Shown: in pieces, positions 17,854 through 27,897 of the stretch | Layout: the number at the start of each line of letters is the position of its first letter | Numbering within the stretch: the stretch's first letter is position 1 | Source of the DNA: Candidatus Baldrarchaeota archaeon | GTDB taxonomy: Archaea > Asgardarchaeota > Baldrarchaeia > Baldrarchaeales > DXJG01 | Length of the DNA: 32,000 bases | Reading direction: 5' to 3' | Assembly: GCA_019056805.1 (NCBI GenBank) | Contig: DXJG01000002.1 | Span: 60,517 to 92,516, forward strand | Notes under the pieces: generated by a model | Database searches by the model: none | What the model was told of the DNA's origin: nothing | The model's input: the letters and a program-made list of their open reading frames with translations, nothing else | Made by a program: the position numbers and the translations under genes

Positions 17854-19785
17854 GTGAAAAGTTTGGAGGAAAAATATGACTACAAAAAACTAGGATTTAA
17901 AGCCGGTTTAGAGATTCATGTTCAACTTGATACAAAGAAAAAACTCTTTTGCCGTTGCCCTGTAATTCTCCGTACGGACGAGCCAGATTTCTATGTCAAA
18001 AGATTTTTCAGACCAGTTATGGGCGAGATGGGAGAATTCGATAAAGCTATGCTAAGAGAATTTGAAAAGGGACTAACAATAATCTACGAAGGGTACAATG
18101 ACACTACATGTTCATACGAACTCGATGAAACACCACCGTTCCCTCTTAACGAAGAAGCCATAGAGATAGCACTCATGATATGCCTATTATTAAACTGCAA
18201 TGTTGTAGACGAGCTACATGTTTGTAGAAAAAATTACCTAGATGGTTCAGTTCCCTGCGGTTTTCAAAGAACAATCTACATTGGAGGAGGCGGATATCTC
18301 CCTATCAATGGAAAGAAGATAAGTATCTTACATGTTTATCTCGAAGAAGAAGCAGCAAGAAAAGATGATAAAAAGAGTAAAGGGAAAACTGTTTACTACA
18401 AACTTGATCGACTTGGAATACCACTCGTTGAAATAGTAACAGGTCCTGATATGCATACACCACAAGAAGTTGTAGAAACCGCAAAACGTTTAGGTACGCT
18501 TTTAAAAACAACCGGAAAAGTTAGAAGAGGACTTGGCACCATAAGACAAGATATAAACGTAAGTATCGAGGGAGGAGCAAGAGTAGAGCTAAAAGGTATA
18601 CAACTTTTAGACATGATACCTAAAGCTATCAACATGGAGATTAGAAGACAACTCGAACTTATAAAAATAAAAGAGAAACTCAAAGAAAGAAACATAAAAC
18701 CAGAAGACATCAAAGAGAACTTTATAGATGTAACACAAATATTTCAAGATACTAAATGCAAATTTTTAAAGAAAACCATAGAGAGAGGTGAAAAAGTTCT
18801 AGCCGTAAAACTTAAAGGATTTGGTGGATTATTAGGCAAAGAAATACAACCAAACAGAAGATTCGGAACAGAACTCTCAGATCGAGTAAAAGCTTATACA
18901 ACTCTAAAAGGCATAATACATTCAGATGAGAACTTACCTGCATATGGATTTTCTGAAGAGGAAATTAAGAAACTTTTTGAACAAACAGAAAAAGGTGAAA
19001 ATGATGCCATAGTTATAGTGGCTGGCGAAGAAAACGAAGCTAAACGAGCATTAAAATTGGTTATTGAACGTGCCCGAACAGCCTTAAAAGGAGTTCCGGA
19101 AGAGACCAGACAGGTAAAAGAGGACGGAACATCATCCCTCCTTAGAGAACTACATGGCCAAGCAAGATTATACCCGGACACAGATACACCACCTATTACA
19201 ATTTCTAAAAACCGAATAGAAAAAATAAGAACAAATCTCCCAGAATATCCTTGGGATATGAAGAAGAGAATAATAAAAGAATATAATTTAAGTAATGAAT
19301 TCGCAGAACTACTTATTTATGAGGGACTAGCTAGCTTTTTCGAAGAAATTGTGAAGAAATACAATTTATCTCCAGTCTTAGTAGCGTCAACCTTATTTCA
19401 AACATTAAAAGCCTTGCACAGAGACGGTATACCAGTAGAAAATCTTACACAAGAACATTTGAGAAAACTGTTTGAATCACTATCTCATGGAATGTTTGCT
19501 AAAGAAGCAATTCCTACCATATTGACCCTATGGGCTAAAAAACCAAATCAAGAATTATCTAGTATCTTAAAGGAAGCAGGAGTTTTGGCTATTTCAGAAG
19601 AAGAACTTAAGGAAATCATTCAAAAAATTATTCAAGAAAACATGAACTTAATTAGAGAACGTGGAACGGGAGCCTTTGGGCCTTTAATGGGTAAAGTTAT
19701 GAGCAAAGTCCGGGGCAGGATAGATGGAGCAACAGTTAGTAGGATACTCCAACAAAAAATAAAAGAGGCGTTACATAGCGATTAA
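17854..19785 (+). CDS. gatE: Glutamyl-tRNA(Gln) amidotransferase subunit E
   Basis: KAGLEIHVQL..KLFCRC, DGSVPCGFQRT, LDRLGIPLVEI, RRGLGTIRQDINVSI, AspRS-like insert RFGTELSD and C-terminal Yqey-like domain. Confidence 0.96.
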   Translation: MKSLEEKYDYKKLGFKAGLEIHVQLDTKKKLFCRCPVILRTDEPDFYVKRFFRPVMGEMGEFDKAMLREFEKGLTIIYEGYNDTTCSYELDETPPFPLNEEAIEIALMICLLLNCNVVDELHVCRKNYLDGSVPCGFQRTIYIGGGGYLPINGKKISILHVYLEEEAARKDDKKSKGKTVYYKLDRLGIPLVEIVTGPDMHTPQEVVETAKRLGTLLKTTGKVRRGLGTIRQDINVSIEGGARVELKGIQLLDMIPKAINMEIRRQLELIKIKEKLKERNIKPEDIKENFIDVTQIFQDTKCKFLKKTIERGEKVLAVKLKGFGGLLGKEIQPNRRFGTELSDRVKAYTTLKGIIHSDENLPAYGFSEEEIKKLFEQTEKGENDAIVIVAGEENEAKRALKLVIERARTALKGVPEETRQVKEDGTSSLLRELHGQARLYPDTDTPPITISKNRIEKIRTNLPEYPWDMKKRIIKEYNLSNEFAELLIYEGLASFFEEIVKKYNLSPVLVASTLFQTLKALHRDGIPVENLTQEHLRKLFESLSHGMFAKEAIPTILTLWAKKPNQELSSILKEAGVLAISEEELKEIIQKIIQENMNLIRERGTGAFGPLMGKVMSKVRGRIDGATVSRILQQKIKEALHSD

Positions 19786-19800
19786 AACATAATTTAATCC

Positions 19801-21180
19801 TTAAAGTTCTTTTATAATTTTATCAATTTCCAGGATTCCACCTTGAAGAACGATATAACCATTATAGGGCTCTCTCTCAGTGATTTCACCAGCAATATTT
19901 GTTTGCATAAGTTTCTTTACTTCATCCATGTTTTGTGTATGACCTAAAACCCACATTAACTTCACATATGCCACTTCTGGAAGCATGTTCATACCCGGAA
20001 TTACACCAAAATTTAAGAGATCTCTTCCTGTTTCATAAACATTCATCCCAACAAAACCCCAAAGACATTGAGTAGTCATAACAACTGGGATATTTTCATC
20101 GATTGCTCTCTTTACAGCGTCAAAAAGATAAGTTGCAACATGGCCTAGTCCGGTTCCAGCAATTACAATTCCTTTATATCCAGCGTCGACAAAATGATGT
20201 ATAACATCTGGCCGCATTCCCGGGTAAAAATAGATCAAAGCCACATGGTCTTCAAGTTTCACATCCACAGAAACGGAACCTTCTGTTCTTTTTCTGTAGT
20301 CATTTCTGAACATCGTAATTTTTCCATTTTCAACTTTACCAAGTGGAATATCACCAATTGTTCTAAAAGCATCCCTGCGAGAGGAATGCATCTTTCTAAC
20401 TCTGGTACCTCTGTGAATTAATGAGTAATTATCACTCGTAGTTCCATGCATGCAAACGGTAACTTCAGCAACATCACCTTTTGATGCAAGAGTTACTGCA
20501 TTAATTAAATTTACAGCAGCATCGCTGGACGGTCTGTCACTACTTCTTTGGGAACCCACTAACACGACAGGAACAGGCAGGTTTCTCAACATAAACGATA
20601 AAGCAGCTGCTGTGAAACTCATAGTATCCGTCCCATGACCCAGAACAACTCCTTGCGAATTGTTTTCATTGATTTCTTTCTCGACCTCTTTTGCAATTTT
20701 AATCCAATGTTCAGGAGTCATATTTTCACTAAATAATTCAAATAAGAGTCTTGGATAAACAAAAGCTATATCCGCCAATTCAGGAACCATACTGTAAAGT
20801 TCTTCTGGAGTCAAGGCAGGAATTACAGCACCACTACGATAATCAAGTCTACTAGCGATCGTACCTCCACACCCTAACAAAGGTATTCTTGGTTTTCTTT
20901 CATCAGGTTTTACGGAGGGAGATGGAAGTTTATACTGTCCAGGCTCATAACCGATTTCTTTCATCTCAATAATGTCATCAACATTTAAACCAGTGTTATA
21001 TCCCGTGGGAAGCTTAATCGTGATATGTCTATCATCAGCGAGTTGATATCTGGGTAAAATTATTCCTCGAAAGCTTCCGGTTTTTGTGATAACCTCTACA
21101 ACACTCCAAACTTTTACTCCAAATTTTTCTAGTATTTTTCTTGCTTTTCCTCTATAACCTTCATAAACATCTTCATTCAC
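19801..21180 (-). CDS. gatD: Glutamyl-tRNA(Gln) amidotransferase subunit D
   Basis: N-terminal KLPTGYNTG, asparaginase-like GGTIASRLDY, HGTDTM, GSQRSSDRPSSD and RKMHSSRRDAF. Confidence 0.96.
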   Translation of the reverse strand: MNEDVYEGYRGKARKILEKFGVKVWSVVEVITKTGSFRGIILPRYQLADDRHITIKLPTGYNTGLNVDDIIEMKEIGYEPGQYKLPSPSVKPDERKPRIPLLGCGGTIASRLDYRSGAVIPALTPEELYSMVPELADIAFVYPRLLFELFSENMTPEHWIKIAKEVEKEINENNSQGVVLGHGTDTMSFTAAALSFMLRNLPVPVVLVGSQRSSDRPSSDAAVNLINAVTLASKGDVAEVTVCMHGTTSDNYSLIHRGTRVRKMHSSRRDAFRTIGDIPLGKVENGKITMFRNDYRKRTEGSVSVDVKLEDHVALIYFYPGMRPDVIHHFVDAGYKGIVIAGTGLGHVATYLFDAVKRAIDENIPVVMTTQCLWGFVGMNVYETGRDLLNFGVIPGMNMLPEVAYVKLMWVLGHTQNMDEVKKLMQTNIAGEITEREPYNGYIVLQGGILEIDKIIKEL

Positions 21181-21191
21181 TTACAAACACC

Positions 21192-22790
21192 TCAACTTAT
21201 ATGTTTAGAAACATATGGACCGTCTTTTCGATAACCTAAGGAATAGTAGTATTCTCTTACTCCTATACCACTAGTTACTAAAATCTTTTTAGCATCAAAT
21301 TCTTCTCTAGCTATTCTCTCAGCTTCCATCAACAACCTTCTACCATAACCTCTATGTTGCCATTCTTCTTCCTCAGGAACTTTTCCCAACTTAACAAGGG
21401 GGCCATAAACATGTAATTCCCTAACAATTGCTGAGGGCGTTTCATTAATTTCAGGCCTATGCGCTTTTTCAGAAGGTATTCGTAATCTAAGAAAACCTAT
21501 CAAAATATCATTTTTAACATCTTCATAAGAAAGAAATAATTCTACACCTTCAGAAGCTTTGTACTTCAAGGTTTTCAGTCTAATATTCTCGATATTAGGT
21601 TCTAAACCTAATTTTAGCATTACATGACCTACTTCCCGGCAACGAATGCAATAACATCTTTCTCCTAGCTTTCTAAGTTCCCTCCAAACAATTTCCCTTA
21701 AATTTCCTTTCTTAGGTCCAGCAGCAATAACTGTTGCTGGTATATCACGCATAACACGCTTAATACGCACATACCTAGGAATATACTTCCTTTTTACCTC
21801 AACTAATAACCTAATGAGCTCGTCGTCAGTTAAAGGGCTATATCTTCCCTTTTGCCACATATCATATAAGGTAGTTCCAGGAACAACTAAAGTAGGGTAA
21901 ATCTTTAATTCATCAGGCTTAAATCTGGAATCAGAAAAAACACGTTTAAACATTCTAAGATCACGTTCAAAGTTTGAGCCCGGCAATCCAGGCATTAAAT
22001 GATAGGTTACTTTAAGTCCTGCATCTTTTAATATTCTGGTAGCTTCAACAACATCTTCTACACTATGTCCCCTTTTAACTAAATCATAAATATAATTGTA
22101 AATAGTTTGTACACCAAGCTCTACCCTTGTAACTCCCATCTTTAACATACGATCCACATGTTGCACCTTACAAAAATCGGGTCTAGTTTCTACGGTAATA
22201 CCAACATTTCTAATGTCAGTTTTTTCTGCTTTGTTCTGAGCTTCTTCTAAAGTCATAGAATTATCATTATTCATAGCATCTAAACATCGCCTAATAAACC
22301 ACTCCTGATAACAGAGCGGATAAGCAGGAAAAGTACCACCCATAACAATTAATTCAACTTTATCGATGGGATGGCCAATAGTTTTTAACTGTTCTAAACG
22401 ATTTTTAACCTGGGCATAAGGATCAAACATGTTGTGTAAAGCTCTCATAGTAGCAGGCTCACGACCAGTATAACTCTGAGGAACGTCCCCAAAAACAGAA
22501 TCAGGACCACCAGGACAATAAATACAACGACCATGAGGACATGGATAAGGTTTAGCCATAACAGCAACTATCGCAACACCAGAAATAGTACGGACAGGCT
22601 TTCTCTTCAAAATTTTCAGAAGTTTATCCCTCAAATCGGGAGAAACAGAACTTAAAATTTCAGAGTTACTAGGTATCCTATCTAGCCCGTACTTTTTACA
22701 AACTAAAGTCTTAATACGATTAACATCTTCCTCTGTTAAAATTTCACGATTTAGGAGTTCTTCTATAATTTCCCTATAAATGACTTCCAA
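21192..22790 (-). CDS. elp3: Elp3 tRNA U34 carboxymethyltransferase (radical SAM plus GNAT)
   Basis: KPVRTISGVAIVAVM, CPHGRCIYCPGG, ETRPDFC, RVELGVQT, RELHVYG and QHRGYGRRL. Confidence 0.96.
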   Translation of the reverse strand: MEVIYREIIEELLNREILTEEDVNRIKTLVCKKYGLDRIPSNSEILSSVSPDLRDKLLKILKRKPVRTISGVAIVAVMAKPYPCPHGRCIYCPGGPDSVFGDVPQSYTGREPATMRALHNMFDPYAQVKNRLEQLKTIGHPIDKVELIVMGGTFPAYPLCYQEWFIRRCLDAMNNDNSMTLEEAQNKAEKTDIRNVGITVETRPDFCKVQHVDRMLKMGVTRVELGVQTIYNYIYDLVKRGHSVEDVVEATRILKDAGLKVTYHLMPGLPGSNFERDLRMFKRVFSDSRFKPDELKIYPTLVVPGTTLYDMWQKGRYSPLTDDELIRLLVEVKRKYIPRYVRIKRVMRDIPATVIAAGPKKGNLREIVWRELRKLGERCYCIRCREVGHVMLKLGLEPNIENIRLKTLKYKASEGVELFLSYEDVKNDILIGFLRLRIPSEKAHRPEINETPSAIVRELHVYGPLVKLGKVPEEEEWQHRGYGRRLLMEAERIAREEFDAKKILVTSGIGVREYYYSLGYRKDGPYVSKHIS

Positions 22791-22933
22791 ACATATCCCT
22801 CACAGTCAAAATTGCCCTGACTAACTAGTAAGAACAGTCATCAAATCTAACCTGTAATTTCCCTAAGGAAATAAAATCAAAACAAGATATGAGTATTTCT
22901 ATAAACAATAAATCGCTATTAAAATGAGAAATG

Positions 22934-23095
22934 TTATACGGGCTGTCCACTAGACTTCTTAAGGACCACATACTTAATGTAATTCTTTCTATTTCTCACA
23001 CGTGGAACTAGACTTCTTCTAGGCTTACCTTCAACTTTTGGAGTCTGATTTCTAACTTTTCCAGCCTTACTTAATGAACCGTGTGAACCAGGCAT
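22934..23095 (-). CDS. rps30e: 30S ribosomal protein S30e (53 aa; absent from the ORF track)
   Basis: Hand translation [53 protein letters not shown]. HGSLxKAGKVRxQTPK is the S30e signature. GGTGAT SD and a TTTAATAA TATA-like element lie upstream. Confidence 0.95.
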   Translation of the reverse strand: MPGSHGSLSKAGKVRNQTPKVEGKPRRSLVPRVRNRKNYIKYVVLKKSSGQPV

Positions 23096-23331
23096 AATTT
23101 ATCACCGATTCTAACCTTTTAATTTTCCTTATTAAACTTTATGTTTGATACTTTCTATAAAAATAATATTTTCAATCGTCAACCAGCAAAATTCGTAATA
23201 AACTCGAATTTCATAGACTTCAAACTCTCGATAGAAAATGAAATATAACCAGACAAAACATGTTAGAACACTTTTATAGCCACCTACTTCGTGGAAAAGC
23301 TTAAATTAAAGGTCTGAACTGTATAATTAAT

Positions 23332-23381
23332 GAAACATGATTGATACGCTAATTTTCTGTTTAACGTATCAATCATGTTTC
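23332..23381. promoter_or_regulatory. Perfect 17-bp inverted repeat with 16-nt spacer upstream of the protease gene
   Basis: GAAACATGATTGATACG (23332-23348) and CGTATCAATCATGTTTC (23365-23381). It lies downstream of a BRE/TATA-like GAAAAG-CTTAAATT (about 23294-23307) and upstream of the GAGG SD. Confidence 0.7.
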
Positions 23382-23403
23382 TAAACTTTTTGAGGCGTAT
23401 AAA

Positions 23404-26400
23404 ATGAGAAAATGGCCACTATTACTAATATTTATTATATTGTTGACATCTTTTACCCCCTTATCGATAAACGAAACCATCAGCAGTTACTCAGATTCAT
23501 CAGAGAATATTTTCCATTTCAGCCGCAAAACATCCGCGGAACTTGAGAACATCCTTTACTCACCAAAAGTTTCCGATGACGAAAAAATCTCAGTAATACT
23601 AGTAGCGAAACGGAGTCTCAGTGCAAGCGAATACGATGAACTTGCAAATGTGTGTGAAATTTTAGCCAATACTAGCAGAGTTTTTGTAATAAGAACATTC
23701 AAAAACGACATTACACGTATAGCATCTCTCCCATTTACACTTTACTTAGATTCAGGGCTTAAAACCGCCGAACCTCATCTAATGGATACTTCCATTACAA
23801 CGCGCACAAACTACGCATATTATGTGAAAGATGTTTCTAACCAAAATGTAACTGGCAAAGGAATCAAAATAGGAATTATCGATACAGGAATAGACTGGAG
23901 ACATCCATTCTTCTATTATGATGATGGACTGACTTGGGAGGTTATAAACGAAACCTTTGCTATGCTACCAAACGGGACTCTATGTAATTATTCCTTTATA
24001 GACGTTGTAACTGTTCAGCCAGCTGCTCAGGGAGCTCCATCAGGAGATCTTGTAATACCAGTTCCCGATGGAGTGTTCAATATAGGCTATGAATACCTTT
24101 ACCTAGATCTCGATAATGACAGCAAACCCGATGTAGATCCCGACAATCCTCAGAGGATAGAATATGGAATCTTAATAGACTCTGATGGGAATGGTATCCC
24201 GACAGCAGGTGATTTTATTAAAATGTTACGAACACCAAAAATCAAGAAGATCCTTGATCAAAGATCATATCCCTACACCGTATATATTAGTGGAGTAAAC
24301 CTATCACAATTTGATCCTGTAGATTCTTCCGGAGGGGGGGGCATGGTGCTCACGTCGCAGGTATAATTCTAGGAGGTCATAGTTTAATGAAGATACATGG
24401 AGTAGCACCTGACGCGGAAATTTACGTTGTTGCTAACGGGGGATATTTCACATCTGAAAACGTTATCTACGGAATGACATGGCTTGCACAAGAGAACGTT
24501 AGCGTAATAAATATGAGTTTTGGCGGAACAATGGGATACTTAGATGGTTCAGATCCATGGGATATAGCAATAAATGATTTATTCAAACAGGGAATTATAT
24601 CGATTGTATCCGCTGGGAATGACGGTAATAAAAACCATCATATCGAAGTAGAAATACCAGCATTAAGTAACGTAAATTTAACGTTTAATGTTCATGACTT
24701 AAACATATATCTAAATATTCTATGGAGAGAACCTTGGAGTAACCTAGAATTCTACATAATTTCACCATATGGAAATGAATACAATCTAGGATCTTTTACA
24801 AATCCCTTATTTGTAGACATTCCAGGAGTAAACATTTCTTGTACAAGCTCTATGTCACCCAGATACACCCGTCAATTCCTAATAAGCATATATAACCTTA
24901 CACCTCTAGACGGAGCTATATGGACACTAAAGATCCGCAATCCGACAAACAAGATGCAGAAAATAAATGGTTACCTCTTGTGGTCAACCTCTAACACATG
25001 GAATCCGCCATACCTAAGTAAAGAGCACACAATTACCTCTCCAGCTACGGCAGACTCAGCAATAGCGGTTGGAGCATTAACTAAAGATGGTTGGTTAACG
25101 TCTTACAGCAGTATAGGACCAAGAATTGACGGAGTTAATAAGCCAGAAATTTGTGCACCAGGTGGACACTATGACCTAGGATATGATAACCCCTATATTC
25201 TCTCAGTTGACGGCGATGTGTCCAACGGTCAGCCTCCATATACCCATGGACATGGATATTATACGTATATGTGTGGAACAAGTATGGCAGCTCCCCACAT
25301 CACGGGTTTTGTAGCACTTCTTCTACAGGATAACCCAAATCTATCACCAACGGAGATTAGAGAGTTACTATTTCTATCTACAGGATATACACATTTCCTA
25401 CCTCACACTGTGTATCCCATGCCTGATGATACCGTAGGCTACGGTGGATTCGGATACATGAATATTCCACAGCTACAAACTGACGGAATTAATGGACCAG
25501 GACCTGTTTATGTTACCTCATGGTACCCATCTGGTTTTTCCATCGCTTATAATAATTGGCTCTCTGGTAGTCGAGGTATCATTGTTGACGGTGACGACAA
25601 TGACTGGTTAATATACTATCCAGTAATAATACATAATGATTCAAGATGGTACGAAGAATATAGTTTCAAGTTATATTCATGGCATGAAAATGAGTCGCAT
25701 ATCTTCTTCTACATGAAATTTAGAGTAAACTATGTTCCCGTTGGATATATGATTAATGTTTATATTGGCAGGGAAAGACCAGGCTTCATGGGTGTTGTGG
25801 ATTATTATTTACCTGAATGGAAACTTTCCTACAACACTTCCTCTGGAATATCTCAGTTAGAGTTGTGGAATAATCAAACAAATCAGTATGGGGTAATGCC
25901 AGCTGGCGGATTTTTCGGGGTAAGCACAGGATTTTCATCGATAGATGGTAACTGGCTTATAGAATTCTATGTTCGAAAAGATTATATTGAAATGCAAAGC
26001 TTAAGCGAAGCAATAATATATTTTGCAGTATATGACATAAACTACGCGGCTCTCTTAAACAACAATGACCCTTACAATAGACCTGGAGCTTCATTCTATG
26101 CATCTATAGATCAAACACCCGTAGCTAGTTATGTAAACACAACATATGTTAGTAATAGTCATGGAATGTATATAGATATAGTAACATCGCTTAATGACTA
26201 CTGGGGCAATGTAAGCAGAGTTCTACTTATGAGCTACTCACCCAGCGGAACTTCTACAATCATATATATGGAATATAATTCTAACACTAATCTCTGGGAA
26301 GCTAGTTATAGCATCACCCCAGCAAATCAAAGCATAGGCGAGTTTAAGAACATATTGATAATTTACGACGAATTAGGAGCGAAAACAACAATAAATTCAC

Positions 26401-27041
26401 CGCCAACAGTCATGTATACGTTAATTGACAATGTTGCACCTCTAATATCACTTGAAATACCAATGTACGCTACTGGAACGATTCAAATCAACTGGACCGT
26501 AAATGAGGAAAATCTCAAGAATTTAACATTGTATATCGACTCTGACAAATACGATGTCCTCGGAACTAACATCTTCACTTGGGATACAACACAATACGAC
26601 GATGGAAACCATATAATCAGATTATATGCTCAAGATGCTGGCGGACTTGAAAGCGAAGTTATAGGAAATGTTATTGTTGATAATACACCTCCAGCAATAA
26701 TCATAATTTCTCCGATTAACAACACAAGAATAAGTGAGGATTCAATAGAGGTAACTTGGCAAGCCTTTGACAATGTAAAAGTAGATCATTTCGATATCTA
26801 CCTGGATGGAGTATTAATAATGCAAAATGTTTCAGCAAGTCAAAGAAGCGCTACTATAACCGAATTATCACAAGGAACACACGTATTAAAGATAAAAGTG
26901 TACGACGAAGTTGGAAATTACTCAGAAGCGACACTTATATTCACATACAAACCACCGACAATAATGTATATAGTAGCAGCAACCCTCATAATAGGATGCG
27001 CCGTTGCAGTAATTCTAATCAAAAGAAGAAAAACCACTTAA
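23404..27041 (+). pseudogene. Secreted, membrane-anchored S8 (subtilisin-like) protease, frameshifted at a G8 tract; about 1212 aa if in frame
   Basis: ORF1 (23404-24366) has the signal peptide, propeptide and catalytic Asp (IIDTGID, 23881). His motif HGAHVAG starts at 24342 in the frame of ORF2. ORF2 (24387-27041) has SAGNDG, catalytic Ser (GTSMAAPH, 25281), Ig-like repeats and a C-terminal TM helix followed by KRRK. Confidence 0.85.
24334..24341 (+). repeat. G8 homopolymer at the protease frameshift
   Basis: TCC GGA GGGGGGGG CAT. G6 or G9 would restore the frame. Confidence 0.9.
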
Positions 27042-27078
27042 ATACCTATCATTTTATTTTTATGATAAAACTAAAGTT

Positions 27079-27888
27079 CTAAATATTAAAGTTAATAGGT
27101 AGACCAGAGGATGATCTTTTAAAAACACCAAATTCATCTCTTATTCTTCTCAACATCTCACTGTTAAATACGGGGCCGTCCTTACAAACCAAATATTCAC
27201 CAATACAACAACTACCACAAAGTCCCATACCACATTTCATATATCTCTCCAAACAAGCCTGAACTTCAACCCCTCTTTCCTCAGCTTTATCAAAAATTTT
27301 CCTCATCATTACTTCGGGACCACACATGTAAATGCAGTCAAATTTTCTTTCTTCTAATAACTTGACAGCAATATCAGAAGCTAAACCTTTTAGACCAGCG
27401 GAACCATCATCGGTAACAATCATAAGAGAGTCGCGATTATTATTCAGGATGTTAGAGATTCTATCGACAAATAAAAGCATTTTCGAAGTTCTGGCAGCCA
27501 AAATAACGGTAATACTATCAGAAACACGCGAAAGTTCAACTATTAAAGGATAAAGAGGTGCTATACCTATCCCTCCGCCGACAATAAGAACGTTTCCGTT
27601 AGAAAGAGAAAACCCATTTCCAAGTGGACCTCTAATTCCAATTCTATCACCAACAGTTAAACCATGTAATGCAGCAGTAGCGTCACCAACCTTTTTCACG
27701 GTAATTCCTAATTCATTTTCGCTAATAAAAGAAACACTCATAGGAATCTCATCAACATCAGGGATCCATATCATAAAAAACTGTCCAGCCTTAGGTTTTT
27801 TTAGGTCTTTTCGATCAAAAAATATACTCTTTACATCATAAGTCTCTTCTACAATTTTTTTAACTTCAACAACTTTTAGGCAATCCAC
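27079..27888 (-). CDS. pyrK: Dihydroorotate dehydrogenase electron transfer subunit
   Basis: AGQFFMIW..EIPMSVS, IRGPLGNGF, GGGIGIAPL, CGPEVM and 2Fe-2S motif CGMGLCGSC..VCKDGPVF. GTG 27888 follows GGTGAT (alternative 27897). Confidence 0.93.
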   Translation of the reverse strand: MDCLKVVEVKKIVEETYDVKSIFFDRKDLKKPKAGQFFMIWIPDVDEIPMSVSFISENELGITVKKVGDATAALHGLTVGDRIGIRGPLGNGFSLSNGNVLIVGGGIGIAPLYPLIVELSRVSDSITVILAARTSKMLLFVDRISNILNNNRDSLMIVTDDGSAGLKGLASDIAVKLLEERKFDCIYMCGPEVMMRKIFDKAEERGVEVQACLERYMKCGMGLCGSCCIGEYLVCKDGPVFNSEMLRRIRDEFGVFKRSSSGLPINFNI

Positions 27889-27897
27889 TTCTATCAC

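Noticed and set aside
24366-24387. Treating the protease as two genuine separate genes, as in the ORF track
   Set aside because: The catalytic His motif falls in the gap between the ORFs, in the frame of ORF2, so a frameshifted single gene is the simpler reading.
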